A stretch of DNA of 63,703 nucleotides, counting the filler, from Hausera hauseri (Eukaryota): the NCBI GenBank assembly GCA_046269625.1. It is 12 parts of 12 records of this genome, joined end to end, with 100 filler letters (N's around TTAATTAATTAA, not from the genome) between each part and the next. Parts side by side here need not be neighbours in the genome. Positions count along the whole stretch, not along the records: positions 1 to 4,794 come from JBJURY010434472.1; positions 4,895 to 9,871 come from JBJURY010373370.1; positions 9,972 to 19,781 come from JBJURY010285502.1; 9 more parts are not named here. The stretch is one strand, 5' to 3'. A program made the position numbers and the translations under genes. Shown piece by piece: positions 1 through 10,810 of the stretch. The notes beneath the pieces are model-generated. The model had not been told where the DNA came from and ran no database searches. It saw nothing but the letters and a program-made list of their open reading frames with translations. Each line of letters begins with the position of its first letter. Positions within the stretch are counted from its first letter, which is position 1.

Positions 1-1107
1 CGACTGATTCACAACTTCAACTCGCAGTTAACGTTATCACGTTTCCAAACGTTTCAATAAGCTTCGACTGTTTCAACCGTTTCAAAAATTTAGTTTTCAA
101 GCTGTTCTCAACAATGTTTTCAAAAATTTACAAGTTCGAAAATGTGACTTTTGGCTTCGTATATATACAAGTTGCCTCATGCAGCTGACCGCCTCATTTC
201 CATGTTCAAATAATTAATTGACAATTTAAATTGGTTATTAACAAGTTTGTTAATAAATCTACTGATTATTCCAATAAATAACTGATTATCAATAGTCCAT
301 ATACACTGTTCACATAATAAATAATATGTACAATTAAATGTGCAAATAATCAATTATATACAATACCGAACAATAGTTAATAATCATTATTTACATTTAT
401 TCTTTCCCGTGACTGCACTGACTTAATATCAGTATGTTCATGACGCTATTCACGAAACTGTACATCTCTCTCTCTCAACAAGGATTAAAACAAATAACGA
501 ACTATTAATCCGCATTTCAAACACCAAAGTGAATTTACATGCAACATGCAATTTTTCTGTCATTTGGACATCAAAAGTTAATTTAATTTTAGGTTATTGA
601 CGTCAGCCTTCAATGAAATGTCAGTTGATTGAACAATATTCAACTGTTTTCTCATGTAATGCTTTGATATCTATGGTTTTATTCTATTATTTTTGGAGCG
701 TGACTAATTATTTCGAACAGATATTCATGTTGAATTGTCTTACTTAAACGGTTTGATATCATTCATTCTTCTAGATGTTGAAAAGTACATTGTGAACTAT
801 AAATTCATACAAAAGTTTCAGCCCATTTCTTTGAGTTAGATTATTGATTGTACGTGAATAACTTACAGGAGCATAATTATTCTTATATGATTGTAATAGA
901 ATTATTGCACATTCCCAACATTTGTATAACGTCCAAGCAACATAATTATATGTATATCAATTAATACAAAATCATTAATTGTCGTGATTTAACGGACTTT
1001 AAGTTAATATCGGAAACAAAGAATTTGTATTGGGAAGGTTAGATTGAACCTATTTAATAAAAATTTTACAGCTACGCCATCGGTTTAGTAGAATATACTT
1101 TTACAAA

Positions 1108-2044
1108 ATGAAACAACTTCAAGGTGTGAATTATTTGAAAACATATTTTTGTAAGTCTTACATTAATAGATCAAATGAAAAGTATATTGGGAATATTTTA
1201 TACTCAAAAAACGTTGGAATCGGGCATGAGAGCCCTTCAGACAATATTACATTATTGACAACTACTGCTGGACTTCGTAATTTTCAAATTGCTTTACAAC
1301 CAATATTCTCAAGACTGTTCAATTATGAACGCGATAAACAGATTTTAAAATCGTGCAAGTCCAACAGTAATATTGTTCACTCCTGTGTTGAACCAAAGCA
1401 CGATTTAACTAAATCCCACAAACTGAAAAAGGCATTTTGTTCAGTTCAAAATGACACAATCCGGCTGTTATCGAATTATTCTGGTTTGAAACAGATAAAT
1501 AGCAATATTTCAAATTCCCGAAGGCATCAGAGTGGAAAGAGTTTAAAAATACGAATTGTAATAAGAAGAAACTTTGTTGAAAGAGATGATGACAAAATAA
1601 AAGTCAGACATGTTCCGAGGCGATTCAGGAATCAGGATGTTGAGGATCAGAATATTGATTTATCTGAAGGTGAGTCACTAAATAGTATATTCAATAGAAG
1701 AATGGAACCTAACAGAGTATGATTATTTAGAGATTAGTACAGAGATCGATTCAATGGATCTGAAGAATGATTATCACTATAAAAATCAAACTAAATTTGT
1801 TCAGAAAAGTTCTAGATTAAGTTCATTAGAAAGCTATTATTATGATCTCGGTGGTTAAAAAATGAAAATTAAAGAACTTACTTCAGATTTTGAATTAAGT
1901 TCGAAATTTGGTCCAATGGACGATTTCGATTACAATAAGAACGTAGAAACCACCAAAACCACACACTGGTACTTCAAGTCGGACAAACATGAAAATGAAA
2001 AGAAAAGATTATTCAGAAATCAGTTCCAGAATATGTTCACTTGA
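1108..2044 (+). pseudogene. Disrupted 5' extension of the tau-like gene (further degenerate repeats)
   Basis: After ORF 1108-1722, another frame reads SSRLSSLESYYYDLGG*KMKIKELTSDFELSSKFGPMDDFDY. These are degenerate SK.GS.D units interrupted by frameshifts and a TAA. Confidence 0.5.
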
Positions 2045-4121
2045 TAGTTTCTGTCGCAATCAAGGAGGTGGTCAAAATCAAATTTTTCAAGAAAAGAAAG
2101 CCCACAAAAATGTTCCTTCAAAGGTTGATTCAATGGACAATTATTTCCTCATTTCTGGAAGAGAAAAATTTAAAATTCTTGACGGAAAGTCACGTTATGC
2201 AGATGCTAAATCGAAGGTCGACTCGATGGATAATTACTATCATGTTCCAGGAAGAGAACAGAAAAAACACGTTTTTCACGAAAATGTGGATAATAGGTCG
2301 GTTCTGTCGAAACTCTCATGGCTAGATAAATATTTCCACGTTCCCGGGAAAAGAAAAAACAAAATTGAAGTCGAAAAGTCAGACTATTCAAATGCCAGTT
2401 CAAGGTTTGGTTCAATGAACAATTACTATTACGTACAAGGAGGAAATCAAAACAAAGATTTTCATGAAAAAGTGAATCAAAAGCCTGCTCATTCAAAAGC
2501 TGGATCACTGGATAATTATTTCCATGTTCCTAGTAGTGGAAAACTGCAACTACAAGAAGGAAAATCAAATTACTCAAATATCAGTCCAAACATGGGTTCA
2601 TTTGATAATTATAACAATATTCCAGATGGAGAACAAAAAAGTGTATTTGAAGAAAGATTAGATTCTAGCAGTTTTCCGACGGAACTGGATTTTTGGGACA
2701 ATTACTTTTATGTGCCTGATGGAGGTATGAAAAAATCAATTGATGAAAGATCTAGTTGTTCAGATACTCTATCAAAGATAGGTTCGTTGGACAATCACGA
2801 TCATAGCCTAACTGGTAAACAAAATAGAATATGCGAAGTGAAGTTAGATTCCAGTCATGAATCTGTTAAAGCAGGGCCTCTTGACTGCTACTACCATATT
2901 CCAAAAAGTTTGCAGACCCAGATTACCAAAAACAAACTTGATTATAATCAAATTGTGGCGAAAGTAAGATCAGTAGACAATTGTCATCGTCCTAGAAAAA
3001 TTGTACAGTGTAAAATTTTTGATGAAAAACTAGACTATAGTCATGTACCAGCAAAGGTTGGATCGCTTGAAAATTTGCGTCACATTCCAGGAGGAGGACG
3101 ATCTAAAATTTTCAGAGAAAAACTTAATTATTCGCATGTACAGGCAAGAGTAGGATCAATGGTTAATGCCCGACATACCCCAGGAGGAGGAAAGCTTAAA
3201 ATATTTCGAAGAAAAGTTGATTATAGTCGTATTCCTGCAAAAGTTGGATCACTTGTAAATTTATGTCATATCCCAGGAGGGGGAGAGAAGAAAGTTTTTG
3301 ATGAGAAAGTTAAATATAGTCATATTCCTTCACGTGTCGGGTCACGTATTAATCTACATCATATTCCAGGAGGAGGTAAGAATAAAATATTCGACGAAAA
3401 ACTTGATTATGGTCATGTTTCATCGAAGGTTGGTTCATTAGATAATTACTACCATATACCAGCAGGAAGAAAAAATAGAATCTTTAACGAACGACATGAT
3501 TATAGCCATGTTCCTTCGAAAGTTGGTTCATTAGACAATATTAGTCACGTTCCTGGTAGTGGAAAAAATAGAATCTTTTACGAACAACATGACTATAGCT
3601 CTGTTTCTTCGAAAGTTGGTTCATTAGACAATATTTGTCACGTTCCAGGCTGTGGTAAAAATAAAATATTTGATCAAAGATCTTCGTATTCAGATGCTAG
3701 TTCAAAGATAGGCTCTTTTGACAATTCTGATTATATTCCCGGAGGTGGACAAAGTAAAATCTGCGAAACCAGACAAGATTATAGTTATGTTCCAGCAAAG
3801 GTTGGGTCGTTAGATAGCTTCAGTGTACCTGGTGGGGACCAAAAGAAAGTATATGAAGAAAAATCAGAATATGCTGACATAAGTTCTAAGGTTAATTCTG
3901 TGGATAGCTATAATAATGTTCCTGGGAGAACAAAAAGCAAACTGTTTCCCGAAATTACGGAATACAAACAGTCCTTGTCTCAAGTTGAACCATTGAATAT
4001 TTACCTCCATGTTCCTGAGGATGATAAACCGACGGTAAATGAACAAAACTATAAAGAACCTCTTGACAATCATTATCTTGTTCCAACAGACGAGAAACAT
4101 CGGCATTCAAAGAAGAGGTAA
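1989..4121 (+). CDS. Tau/MAP2/MAP4-family microtubule-binding-repeat protein with ~22 tandem 31-aa repeats, intronless
   Basis: 710-aa ORF built almost entirely of 31-aa units, e.g. KLDYSHVPAKVGSLENLRHIPGGGRSKIFRE, matching the tau consensus (V.SK.GS..N..H.PGGG). I count 22 full units and one partial by eye. Confidence 0.9.
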   Translation: MKMKRKDYSEISSRICSLDSFCRNQGGGQNQIFQEKKAHKNVPSKVDSMDNYFLISGREKFKILDGKSRYADAKSKVDSMDNYYHVPGREQKKHVFHENVDNRSVLSKLSWLDKYFHVPGKRKNKIEVEKSDYSNASSRFGSMNNYYYVQGGNQNKDFHEKVNQKPAHSKAGSLDNYFHVPSSGKLQLQEGKSNYSNISPNMGSFDNYNNIPDGEQKSVFEERLDSSSFPTELDFWDNYFYVPDGGMKKSIDERSSCSDTLSKIGSLDNHDHSLTGKQNRICEVKLDSSHESVKAGPLDCYYHIPKSLQTQITKNKLDYNQIVAKVRSVDNCHRPRKIVQCKIFDEKLDYSHVPAKVGSLENLRHIPGGGRSKIFREKLNYSHVQARVGSMVNARHTPGGGKLKIFRRKVDYSRIPAKVGSLVNLCHIPGGGEKKVFDEKVKYSHIPSRVGSRINLHHIPGGGKNKIFDEKLDYGHVSSKVGSLDNYYHIPAGRKNRIFNERHDYSHVPSKVGSLDNISHVPGSGKNRIFYEQHDYSSVSSKVGSLDNICHVPGCGKNKIFDQRSSYSDASSKIGSFDNSDYIPGGGQSKICETRQDYSYVPAKVGSLDSFSVPGGDQKKVYEEKSEYADISSKVNSVDSYNNVPGRTKSKLFPEITEYKQSLSQVEPLNIYLHVPEDDKPTVNEQNYKEPLDNHYLVPTDEKHRHSKKR

Positions 4122-4794
4122 TGACTGATATAGTTTAATTGGGGATGGGGTCACATAGCGTATATACGTTCGGGTGGTGGTTAACTGAAGTACAAGAGGA
4201 CGAATAAGACAATTTTAATGTGCAATTAAACTATTGTGGACTTCCGTGGAGCTCAAACAAGCAGTTATTTGAAAAAGTAGATCAATGGAGTTAAACATTG
4301 GATTTTTGGGTACTAATTTGGAGATCAATGGAACAAACTTTGTTTCATTTTGAAATGAAAACATACAACGTACGGCAGCTTTACTTTTAGACATCAAATT
4401 CCTGCGGAAAACAATTTTCACGACAATCATGTTGAAGAAATTCATTTGTGACATTTTACAAACATGTAGCTTCAGCCTTTTAGACGACAGAACTTTGAAT
4501 TTTTAGCTCAAATTGAAATTTTCCGATTCAATCAAGAAAAAGTTCTATAAAACATGGATTTAATGAGTTCACTGAATCTTACTTTTTAATCAAAACGTCA
4601 TAGCCAATTTTCTACTAAGTTGAAAAATATTCAGTATGATTTAAAAGCAATCTCGTAAATATTTAACAATTTTTGGCAAAAATTGATTTTTTTGTTTATT
4701 TAGTGTATTAGTATAATTTTCTCCCACATTTAAAAGGTTAGTAGGATTTTAAAGCAAAGAAGAAGCACAAGTTATACTTGAGTACTACTTCGTT

Positions 4795-4894
4795 NNNNNN
4801 NNNNNNNNNNNNNNNNNNNNNNNNNNNNNNNNNNNNNNTTAATTAATTAANNNNNNNNNNNNNNNNNNNNNNNNNNNNNNNNNNNNNNNNNNNN
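4795..4894. other. Artificial contig spacer (also at 9872-9971, 19782-19881, 24231-24330, 28578-28677, 32776-32875, 37150-37249, 41651-41750, 46519-46618, 51072-51171, 59626-59725)
   Basis: Identical 100-nt N-run/TTAATTAATTAA/N-run cassettes with stops in all six frames. Composition and gene content change abruptly across them. Confidence 0.97.
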
Positions 4895-4996
4895 GGGCGC
4901 TGGCCCAACACAAAAATAAGAGCTTGCGGAAGTAGGGGGGAAGTAGAAGCTCGCCTCGGAGGGAGGACGATTCTGTTGAACAACCTGCTTACAACC

Positions 4997-5746
4997 ATGG
5001 CCACCCCGACATTCACCTCCACTGCTCCAACCTCCGCTACAACACCCACGCTGCCCACCAACTCTACAAGGCCCAAGTTGGGCCCAGAACCCTTTATGGT
5101 GAGTACGCCTGAGTACTACGCACTTCTGTTTGCATGGTACTGTTACTGCCACACCGGAAGATGGAGCACAGACCAGCCACTGCGATTCCTCACAGCTTTC
5201 CAGAGCTCTGTGAAGCTGCTCTTATATGCCTGGTGTAGGAGACAGGAGTTGGCTTTGCCTCTGTTTGTCACCTACATGCAGGGAAGAGTGAGGCTCGGAC
5301 GCACAGGTACAGTCCTGGTAGGGGTCTGGGTTGTGATCGACACCGTGATCATGACCATCGATGTTATCGGCTGTTTCCACCATCGTCAACCTATGAGCCG
5401 CTACACCCCGATACGCATCACTCTGGCTGTGTGGGAAGGAATGTTGGCAGCAGCAGTGGTGGTCCAACTGGTTGCGCTAACACTGGGTCTGGCAGGACGC
5501 GCAAAGAGAATGTGGGTAAAGAAGGCTTGCTGCCTATTCAGTTGGGGTTCCATTTGGGGTGTATACTCTATTCTTTACTGGTTGGGGTTAATCAGTGAAA
5601 TGCCCATTTTGGCCTGGTTCATGACTTATGCAGTGTTCTTCACCGAGTCCAGCCATCCACCTGTGTCCAGCATGGAACACCAGCCTCCCCCTATCGACTC
5701 CGCTTGGCTCCGCTCACTGGTTCTGCGTGGTCAGAGGATGGCCTAA
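4997..5746 (+). CDS. Uncharacterised multi-pass membrane protein with Thr/Pro-rich N-terminus
   Basis: Good Kozak context (accATGG at 4997), Thr-rich N-terminus with an NST sequon, several hydrophobic segments (GTVLVGVWVVIDTVIMTIDVIG; ITLAVWEGMLAAAVVVQLVALTLGLAG; LFSWGSIWGVYSILYWLGLI), no introns. Confidence 0.6.
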   Translation: MATPTFTSTAPTSATTPTLPTNSTRPKLGPEPFMVSTPEYYALLFAWYCYCHTGRWSTDQPLRFLTAFQSSVKLLLYAWCRRQELALPLFVTYMQGRVRLGRTGTVLVGVWVVIDTVIMTIDVIGCFHHRQPMSRYTPIRITLAVWEGMLAAAVVVQLVALTLGLAGRAKRMWVKKACCLFSWGSIWGVYSILYWLGLISEMPILAWFMTYAVFFTESSHPPVSSMEHQPPPIDSAWLRSLVLRGQRMA

Positions 5747-6033
5747 GAGCCTCTGAAGAAAAGCTTAGCTTATGCATGCCACATTTTACATTTATTATCT
5801 TTATTATAATCATTGTTTTATAGGGAAAGAATGTTATATGTAAAAGCCTGATGTGAACTCTTTTTAAGGCCGAGCCTGACTAACGATGGTGTACACTTCA
5901 TTGAGGTGATTCACGTAACAAGTCAGTGGAAAACTCAGATCCCTTGGGTTCACAGCTGAAGGGAGCGCTGAGAGCACCCCCTTAGAAAAAGAAAAAATAT
6001 TGAAAAACAGAAAAATGCTTTTGTTCCTTTCAG

Positions 6034-7602
6034 GGATCAGATGTAACCTGCCGGATCTGCCATGACAAGCTGTCAGATCTCCCCTTCCTATGGGGATATC
6101 GAAAAGCAACTTGGTGTGATCAATGCTTCAAACAGTTCTTCACCACCCCATGTGCCACTACCATCTTGTGGCGCACAGGACCGGAGGACTGCCCAGTGGT
6201 GCAGCCGGAGCGCTGTCGGGAGCTACACCAAGATTGTGGGCTCCTCTGGTGTTCCTCGTGGGATGATCGAGACTACCAACTACCTCCTGTGCCAGCCGAA
6301 CTTCAGAGTCACCTCTTCCAGCTGGTGCAGAAGTTCTGGGGTTCCTACATCACTAAGAAGTTCTATGTCACTCTGCACGCTCCATCCGATGCGATTGTGG
6401 CTATGAGCTCTTTCACCCAACCATTCCTGGAACCCATCTCACCCGGCTCACCAAGTCCCATAAACCTATCAACCCCTCTGGTTGCTGTTGGCACCAGCCA
6501 CAGCATGGTCATTATAGACCCAGAGCTCTCACAGGCAGCACCAAGACAGCCCTTGTTCACTGCTGATCTAGCTAGTCGTACTGGCACCCATGGTCAACAG
6601 CCGGTGCTCAACTCACCAGTGGTAACACAGGAACCCGTGGCCGCCATTCCGCAGGCACGTGAGATCATCATCGAAGACCTTGCCTCGTTTAACTGGGATC
6701 TGACCCAGGCTTGGCCCTTTCCAAGCGAGCTTTCCAACTCTCACCCTCCTTTACCTCCTTGCCCGAGACCTCGGACCCCTGCAGATCCACCCTTGCCGCA
6801 TTCACCCGCGGATGAGGATGGTCATAGCGGTGGGAATGGGATCTCTGTGGTGACAACATATGTGGTAGAGGACGGTATTTCACATGCCGTGTCAACAGAG
6901 TTGGTTGAGGCTGCGAAAGCCGCAGAACAAAGTTCACATGATGTGAGGGCAGGGCCACTGACCACTGCTACTGCTACTGCTGTAGGCACCCAAGATTCTT
7001 TCTGCATGCCTTCTCCTGCTGTGTCTGATCTGGATGATCCAGGCTCTGTACCTACTGATGTGAGCAGAAGTCGCCCTTTCACCCGTGACCACGCTCAGCC
7101 TGGGCCAAGCGGGACTCAGGGTCCTGTTCCTCTACCTAACGTTGATGTGAAGCTGACGGCCAGGAAGAAGACTGCGATGGATGGACCCTTCCACAGAACA
7201 GGCCCACCTAAGAAGAAATGGGGCCCTTATTACACACAACGTTTCCAGCCTCAGAATAGAGATGACTTTAACTTCCCACAGAGAGAGTTGTATCGTTCTT
7301 CTGCTCCCTCCACCTCGACGGACCGCTCTGGCGGCTACTACGGTGTCGACCGGCATGGTCGTGAGTATGGAATACGCCCGTGGTACCCAGCTAGAGGAAG
7401 ACAGGCTCGTTTCCATGAAGGGGGTGACGAAAAACCTGGCCTTAATGATGGAAACGACCCTGTATTTGCTGTGTGGAGGAGGGAAAAAGGTCAAGAACTG
7501 TTAAAAGGTCAAGAACTGTTAAAAATCAACATGACAGTTACTGCTTCACTTTGTGTGCTCCAAACTGCAGCTTCACGCACGCAACAGGACATTGCTCCAT
7601 GA
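6034..7602 (+). CDS. Large exon of an uncharacterised protein: CxxC...CxxC putative Zn finger followed by a Pro/Ser/Thr-rich disordered region
   Basis: The frame of ORF 6166-7602 stays open upstream to a splice acceptor (ttttgttcctttcag ending 6033) and reads GSDVTCRICHDKLSDLPFLWGYRKATWCDQCFKQFF. AATAAA lies downstream at ~7650. Confidence 0.5.
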   Translation, partial: GSDVTCRICHDKLSDLPFLWGYRKATWCDQCFKQFFTTPCATTILWRTGPEDCPVVQPERCRELHQDCGLLWCSSWDDRDYQLPPVPAELQSHLFQLVQKFWGSYITKKFYVTLHAPSDAIVAMSSFTQPFLEPISPGSPSPINLSTPLVAVGTSHSMVIIDPELSQAAPRQPLFTADLASRTGTHGQQPVLNSPVVTQEPVAAIPQAREIIIEDLASFNWDLTQAWPFPSELSNSHPPLPPCPRPRTPADPPLPHSPADEDGHSGGNGISVVTTYVVEDGISHAVSTELVEAAKAAEQSSHDVRAGPLTTATATAVGTQDSFCMPSPAVSDLDDPGSVPTDVSRSRPFTRDHAQPGPSGTQGPVPLPNVDVKLTARKKTAMDGPFHRTGPPKKKWGPYYTQRFQPQNRDDFNFPQRELYRSSAPSTSTDRSGGYYGVDRHGREYGIRPWYPARGRQARFHEGGDEKPGLNDGNDPVFAVWRREKGQELLKGQELLKINMTVTASLCVLQTAASRTQQDIAP

Positions 7603-9486
7603 AAACGGATGTGAACGAGGAGCCCAGGCGAAAAGGAGAACAAAGCATCAATAAATAAAGTTTAAATGTTTTAAGATGTGATATTGAGTAATGAAATGTT
7701 TTAATCAAAGTAATAATTAAAAAGTGTGATCATAATCTGTTATTAAAATGTTGATTATATTGTGAGTACAATGTTTTAAATGTTTTATCAATGTTTAAGG
7801 TTACCAGGATGACCCGGAGGACGAGTGACTAAGGTGTGGGTGGTATTTAGCCACCACGGATGTGGTTGCCAGCCGAACAGTCATGGAGTTGTATAATCTG
7901 TCATGATTCATGAGAATGCTTATTTTTAAAGGTCACCGGATGAGGTTAATGCCTTATTTGTACAGGTGGACTCTAGGAGCTAAAAGGGTTGAGATATTCC
8001 TGCCGTTGAAACCAAATATGGCGTACGTGACTGCTTAGGCGTAGTCTAAGTAGGTGTGAAACTTCCCTATAGAAGGTTTAATAAAAGTAATTGACAGGCA
8101 GAAATTATGCGCAGTTTCCCCGCTTCCAGCTCAAGGGGGAGAAGTACAGAGGCCTGAGAGGACAGATGGGTGATTTTGAGCAGCCTATCTGATCGTGAAG
8201 ACTTCTGTTTCTCTCACCTAGAAGGCAAGTAATTTACAGCAAGAGTTTTTGTACTGGGACTAAGTTAGCTTAGCATTTTTTTTAGCTGTCGAAGAATACG
8301 GGGAGCTAGCCATTTTTCCATTTTGGCTGAGCTGACTTTTTAAGGCAAATCCCAGAGCATCCTCTTCGCTCCTAAAAGGAAGGTTAAACCGATGGAGGTA
8401 TGATCAAACCCTTTTATTACTTGAGTTCACCTAAATTTTTTTATCATTAAGTTTTTCTTACAGTCGATATTAGGGAAAGATTAAATTGGATTAAGAATCA
8501 TTTTGATTATTTTTAATGGTTTGTTAAGTACTGATCAATACACTTAACTGTTGATTTTTCCTTGTTGCTGTAATCCCGCTGATGCTGAAACTGCAAAATT
8601 AATAAAAAGCAAAGCAAGATGAAAATTCTAAAAGCAAAGTGTGGACATTTAAATTTATAATGTGTCACCTTTATCACTACTTGTGTTTAATCCTTCTCAT
8701 GCTGTGTTAAATGAGTAACAAGGTTTTGAGTTCATAAAATCAAAATAATAAGAGATTCTTAAAGGTTACCTTAGCCTCTAAAATAGTTTTAGGTAAACTA
8801 TAAAAAACATCATCCCTGTGGTCTGTTTTCCTGGCCACTAAAATCAATCCGGTCAGTAACAAGAGCATTTGTCATAAGGAGAGGACCGCAGTGAACAGGG
8901 GTTCTCAGGCCACTGATTTCGGCCACGGCTACTCGTGTGAATCTTTGGTCCTGGGTGAGACGGGGTGAGGCCCTTGGATGGTATGTGGTTAGAATTGCTG
9001 GACGAACTCTCCACCACTCACTCGAACAGATTCCTGCCTTCAGCTGCTCAGGTAAGAGCCTCTCGGCGTATGGATGGAATTCGGACCTTATAGACGGCGA
9101 TGTGGGTATAAACTGGGCACTCTTTAGACCTGAGCGCTGCAGGTAAACTGGAGAGTGACCACTGAAGACAAAAACATGGTGCCGAAACCCGGGAGCTAGG
9201 AAACAGATCCAGAACAACGATTTTCAGCCATAAGAAGATTTGGCTGGACATCAGGTGGATGATCAGGATGTTCGAGGAACAGATCATTCAGTGAAACGAC
9301 AGGGCCGTCGTTCACAACCCTCGCAGTAACCACACAGCGTGTGGGTGAGGAAAGGATTCTACTCATCGTGGTCTGAGCTAGGTGAGTAGAAAAAAGTAGC
9401 CAAACAGTTGGCTTTCATCCCAGACCTGAAGAACACGTGTCAGGCGGCTTTGAAAGATCCAACACCTCCAAACAGGACAACTGAAC

Positions 9487-9871
9487 ATGAACGAAGATTC
9501 AACAGAGTCTGATGTGGTGTTTCCCTACCCAATATTGTTATTTGGACAAGAATGCCAAACTTGGCATTCTTCAGCACGAAGCTTATTCTCAAGCTACCAT
9601 TTAGACTACGACCCTGACGAGGCTCAGGACAAATTGGAAAAACACAAACAACAACCAGCAGCAGTGGCTGGAGTCGAACTAGACGCACAGAGTCAGGCTG
9701 AGTTGCCCAGCAGCAGTGACTCAGAGTCCGACAAGGACCAGGATGGGGGAATCCCATCAAAGCCTGAGGTCATTGATATAGATGACTCTGATGAGACTTA
9801 TCCCAGCACATCTGACACAGATGAGGACATGGACAACAGCCGCCTGAAACAGCAAGAGGAAACCCCAGAAA
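9487..9871 (+). CDS. Acidic/Ser-rich uncharacterised protein fragment, truncated at contig end
   Basis: Open frame to the contig end. Contains a SIM-like EVIDIDDSDE motif and acidic runs. A splice-donor-like AGGTGAGT lies at ~9380. Confidence 0.4.
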
Positions 9872-10539
9872 NNNNNNNNNNNNNNNNNNNNNNNNNNNNN
9901 NNNNNNNNNNNNNNNTTAATTAATTAANNNNNNNNNNNNNNNNNNNNNNNNNNNNNNNNNNNNNNNNNNNNGTTTTAAACCGGTTTGAATGCGTTAGGAG
10001 AAACCTATTTCCTTAAATTTTGTGACCACCGAAAACCGGAATATCCATTTAAATATACTACTGGGTTAAGTGGAGTTGTGTTCCTTTCTATCATCTCAAT
10101 ATTTATGCGTAGATTAATTAATTATTTAAATAGGCTGTAGTATTATAGCGTCTGGAATAAAATTATTACAGATTTATAATTGGTCCAGTACTCATCCAGC
10201 AAATTTGGCAGCGATTCGTCATCAGCTAATTCGAACTTTCGAAACAATGCGGATAACATAGGCCCATTCAGACGATACGAATGCCACAGCGTCCACTGGA
10301 TTTATAACTTCTGTTTGGATTTCACTTCCAGTTATCTTGGCTAAATTGAGTCGCATCTTCTGCTGGTTCAGTAATTTATGGTAATTTTCCTCATGATCCC
10401 TTTTCACCTATATGAATATCATAATTAAACAGAAAAATGTCTGGTAAATTATGGGGAAATAGATGAATGTTATATACAAGTTATATGGGTGATATGTGTA
10501 AAATACAGGTGAATTGCAGCTAATACAGCTAATACTTCT

Positions 10540-10810
10540 TGATAGACTCGCAATGTTGACACCTTGCGACCAAGTTTACGAGCACGCACCCAGTTTGACA
10601 GCGATGGATTCTTCACGCCTATTGTCTTGGTGTGTTAATAACACTGTCATCATGGAATTGGCTTGAACAGAGGAGAGCCACATCGTAGAAATCGTGAAAT
10701 GACATTATGGATAGTTCTGGACGGCGCACCGTGAGTTAGAAAATTTTGAACAGTCATTTTACAATCTTCTCCATTCTTCAGGAAAAATTGAATATCGAAT
10801 GGTCCTTGAA
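10540..10810 (-). mobile_element. Degenerate Tc1/mariner-type transposase N-terminal (HTH) fragment
   Basis: Minus-strand reading VQNFLTHGAPSRTIHNVISRFLRCGS...KNPSLSNWVRARKLG resembles the DNA-binding region of Tc1/mariner transposases. It contains stops. Confidence 0.45.

Noticed and set aside
4839-4850. Recurrent palindromic TTAATTAATTAA as a biological motif
   Set aside because: Always centred in identical N-runs; it is an artificial all-frame-stop spacer.
7485-7523. 18-bp tandem duplication AAAAGGTCAAGAACTGTT as a regulatory element
   Set aside because: Only two copies; most simply a slippage duplication with no supporting context.
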